Positions 44,364 to 44,593 of a stretch of 44,593 bases of DNA are shown here, piece after piece (the first letter of the stretch is position 1; each line of letters opens with the position of its first letter). Location of the stretch: positions 1 through 44,593 of the IMG/VR virus record IMGVR_UViG_3300032226_000446; one strand, 5' to 3'. The DNA comes from a virus (taxonomy: Duplodnaviria; Caudoviricetes). Under the pieces are notes generated by a model. The model was given only the letters and a program-made list of their open reading frames with translations. It was not told the origin of the DNA and made no database searches. The position numbers and the translations under genes were made by a program.

Positions 44364-44593
44364 TAGAATTTATATATACCTTAGTGATGGTACAAATCAC
44401 TATAGCCTGTGTTACTCTGTATCTGCACAGAAGCCAAACACACAGAGCTGTACAATTTCATCCTGCGGTTAACCATTTTATGCGAGCCTGGCTTTGGCTG
44501 ACCACAGGCATGGTTACTCGTCAATGGGTGGCTATACATCGCAAACACCATCAACGTTCGGACCAAGAAGGAGATCCGCATAGCCCACAGATC
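44360..44593 (+). CDS. desA: fatty acid (acyl-CoA delta-9-like) desaturase, runs off the window edge
   Basis: Translated by hand: MIEFIYTLVMVQITIACVTLYLHRSQTHRAV...WVAIHRKHHQRSDQEGDPHSP (His boxes). Confidence 0.88.
   Translation, partial: MIEFIYTLVMVQITIACVTLYLHRSQTHRAVQFHPAVNHFMRAWLWLTTGMVTRQWVAIHRKHHQRSDQEGDPHSPQI

Noticed and set aside
44381-44581. 66-aa minus-strand ORF
   Set aside because: Antisense to the desaturase, whose His boxes are clear on the plus strand.
23384-44593. Interpretation as a bacterial chromosome segment because of the many metabolic genes
   Set aside because: The metabolic genes are interleaved with virion-like genes and T4-type late promoters, and are isolated from their usual bacterial operons.

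Overview
This window looks like a 44.6-kb piece of a large T4-like (probably aquatic) dsDNA phage genome; that is inferred from gene content and promoter architecture. Bases 1-12.5 kb form a leftward early/host-takeover region of mostly short hypothetical genes. It also has two AAA ATPases, a metallopeptidase-VWA partner, a small HTH protein, a GIY-YIG protein and two tRNAs (Arg-UCU, Ile2/Met-CAU). Fourteen near-consensus sigma70 promoters drive this region, and most of their genes share an extended RBS, GGAGCGAA. A terminator-bounded hairpin at 7638-7703 displays the exact complement of that RBS in its loop, making it a candidate phage-encoded antisense regulator of the early regulon (top finding). 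A strand-switch region at 11.8-12.5 kb has 10-bp phased repeats. The rest of the window is dominated by T4-late-like TAAATA promoters and many auxiliary genes: four 2OG-Fe(II) oxygenases, YqgE, a radical SAM enzyme, DNA ligase, an MTase/nuclease/HNH island, ClpP, an ADP-heptose pathway, ALA synthase, likely virion proteins, a lipase, a thermonuclease, a PlcP-like phospholipase C with a GT4 glycosyltransferase, TerC under a yybP-ykoY Mn riboswitch, a DUF3445 protein, SpeD, a HAD phosphatase, isocitrate lyase, an alpha/beta hydrolase and a fatty acid desaturase. Several small genes missing from the ORF track and two further structured RNA candidates were read directly from the sequence. All family calls come from motif recognition by eye; no database searches were run.
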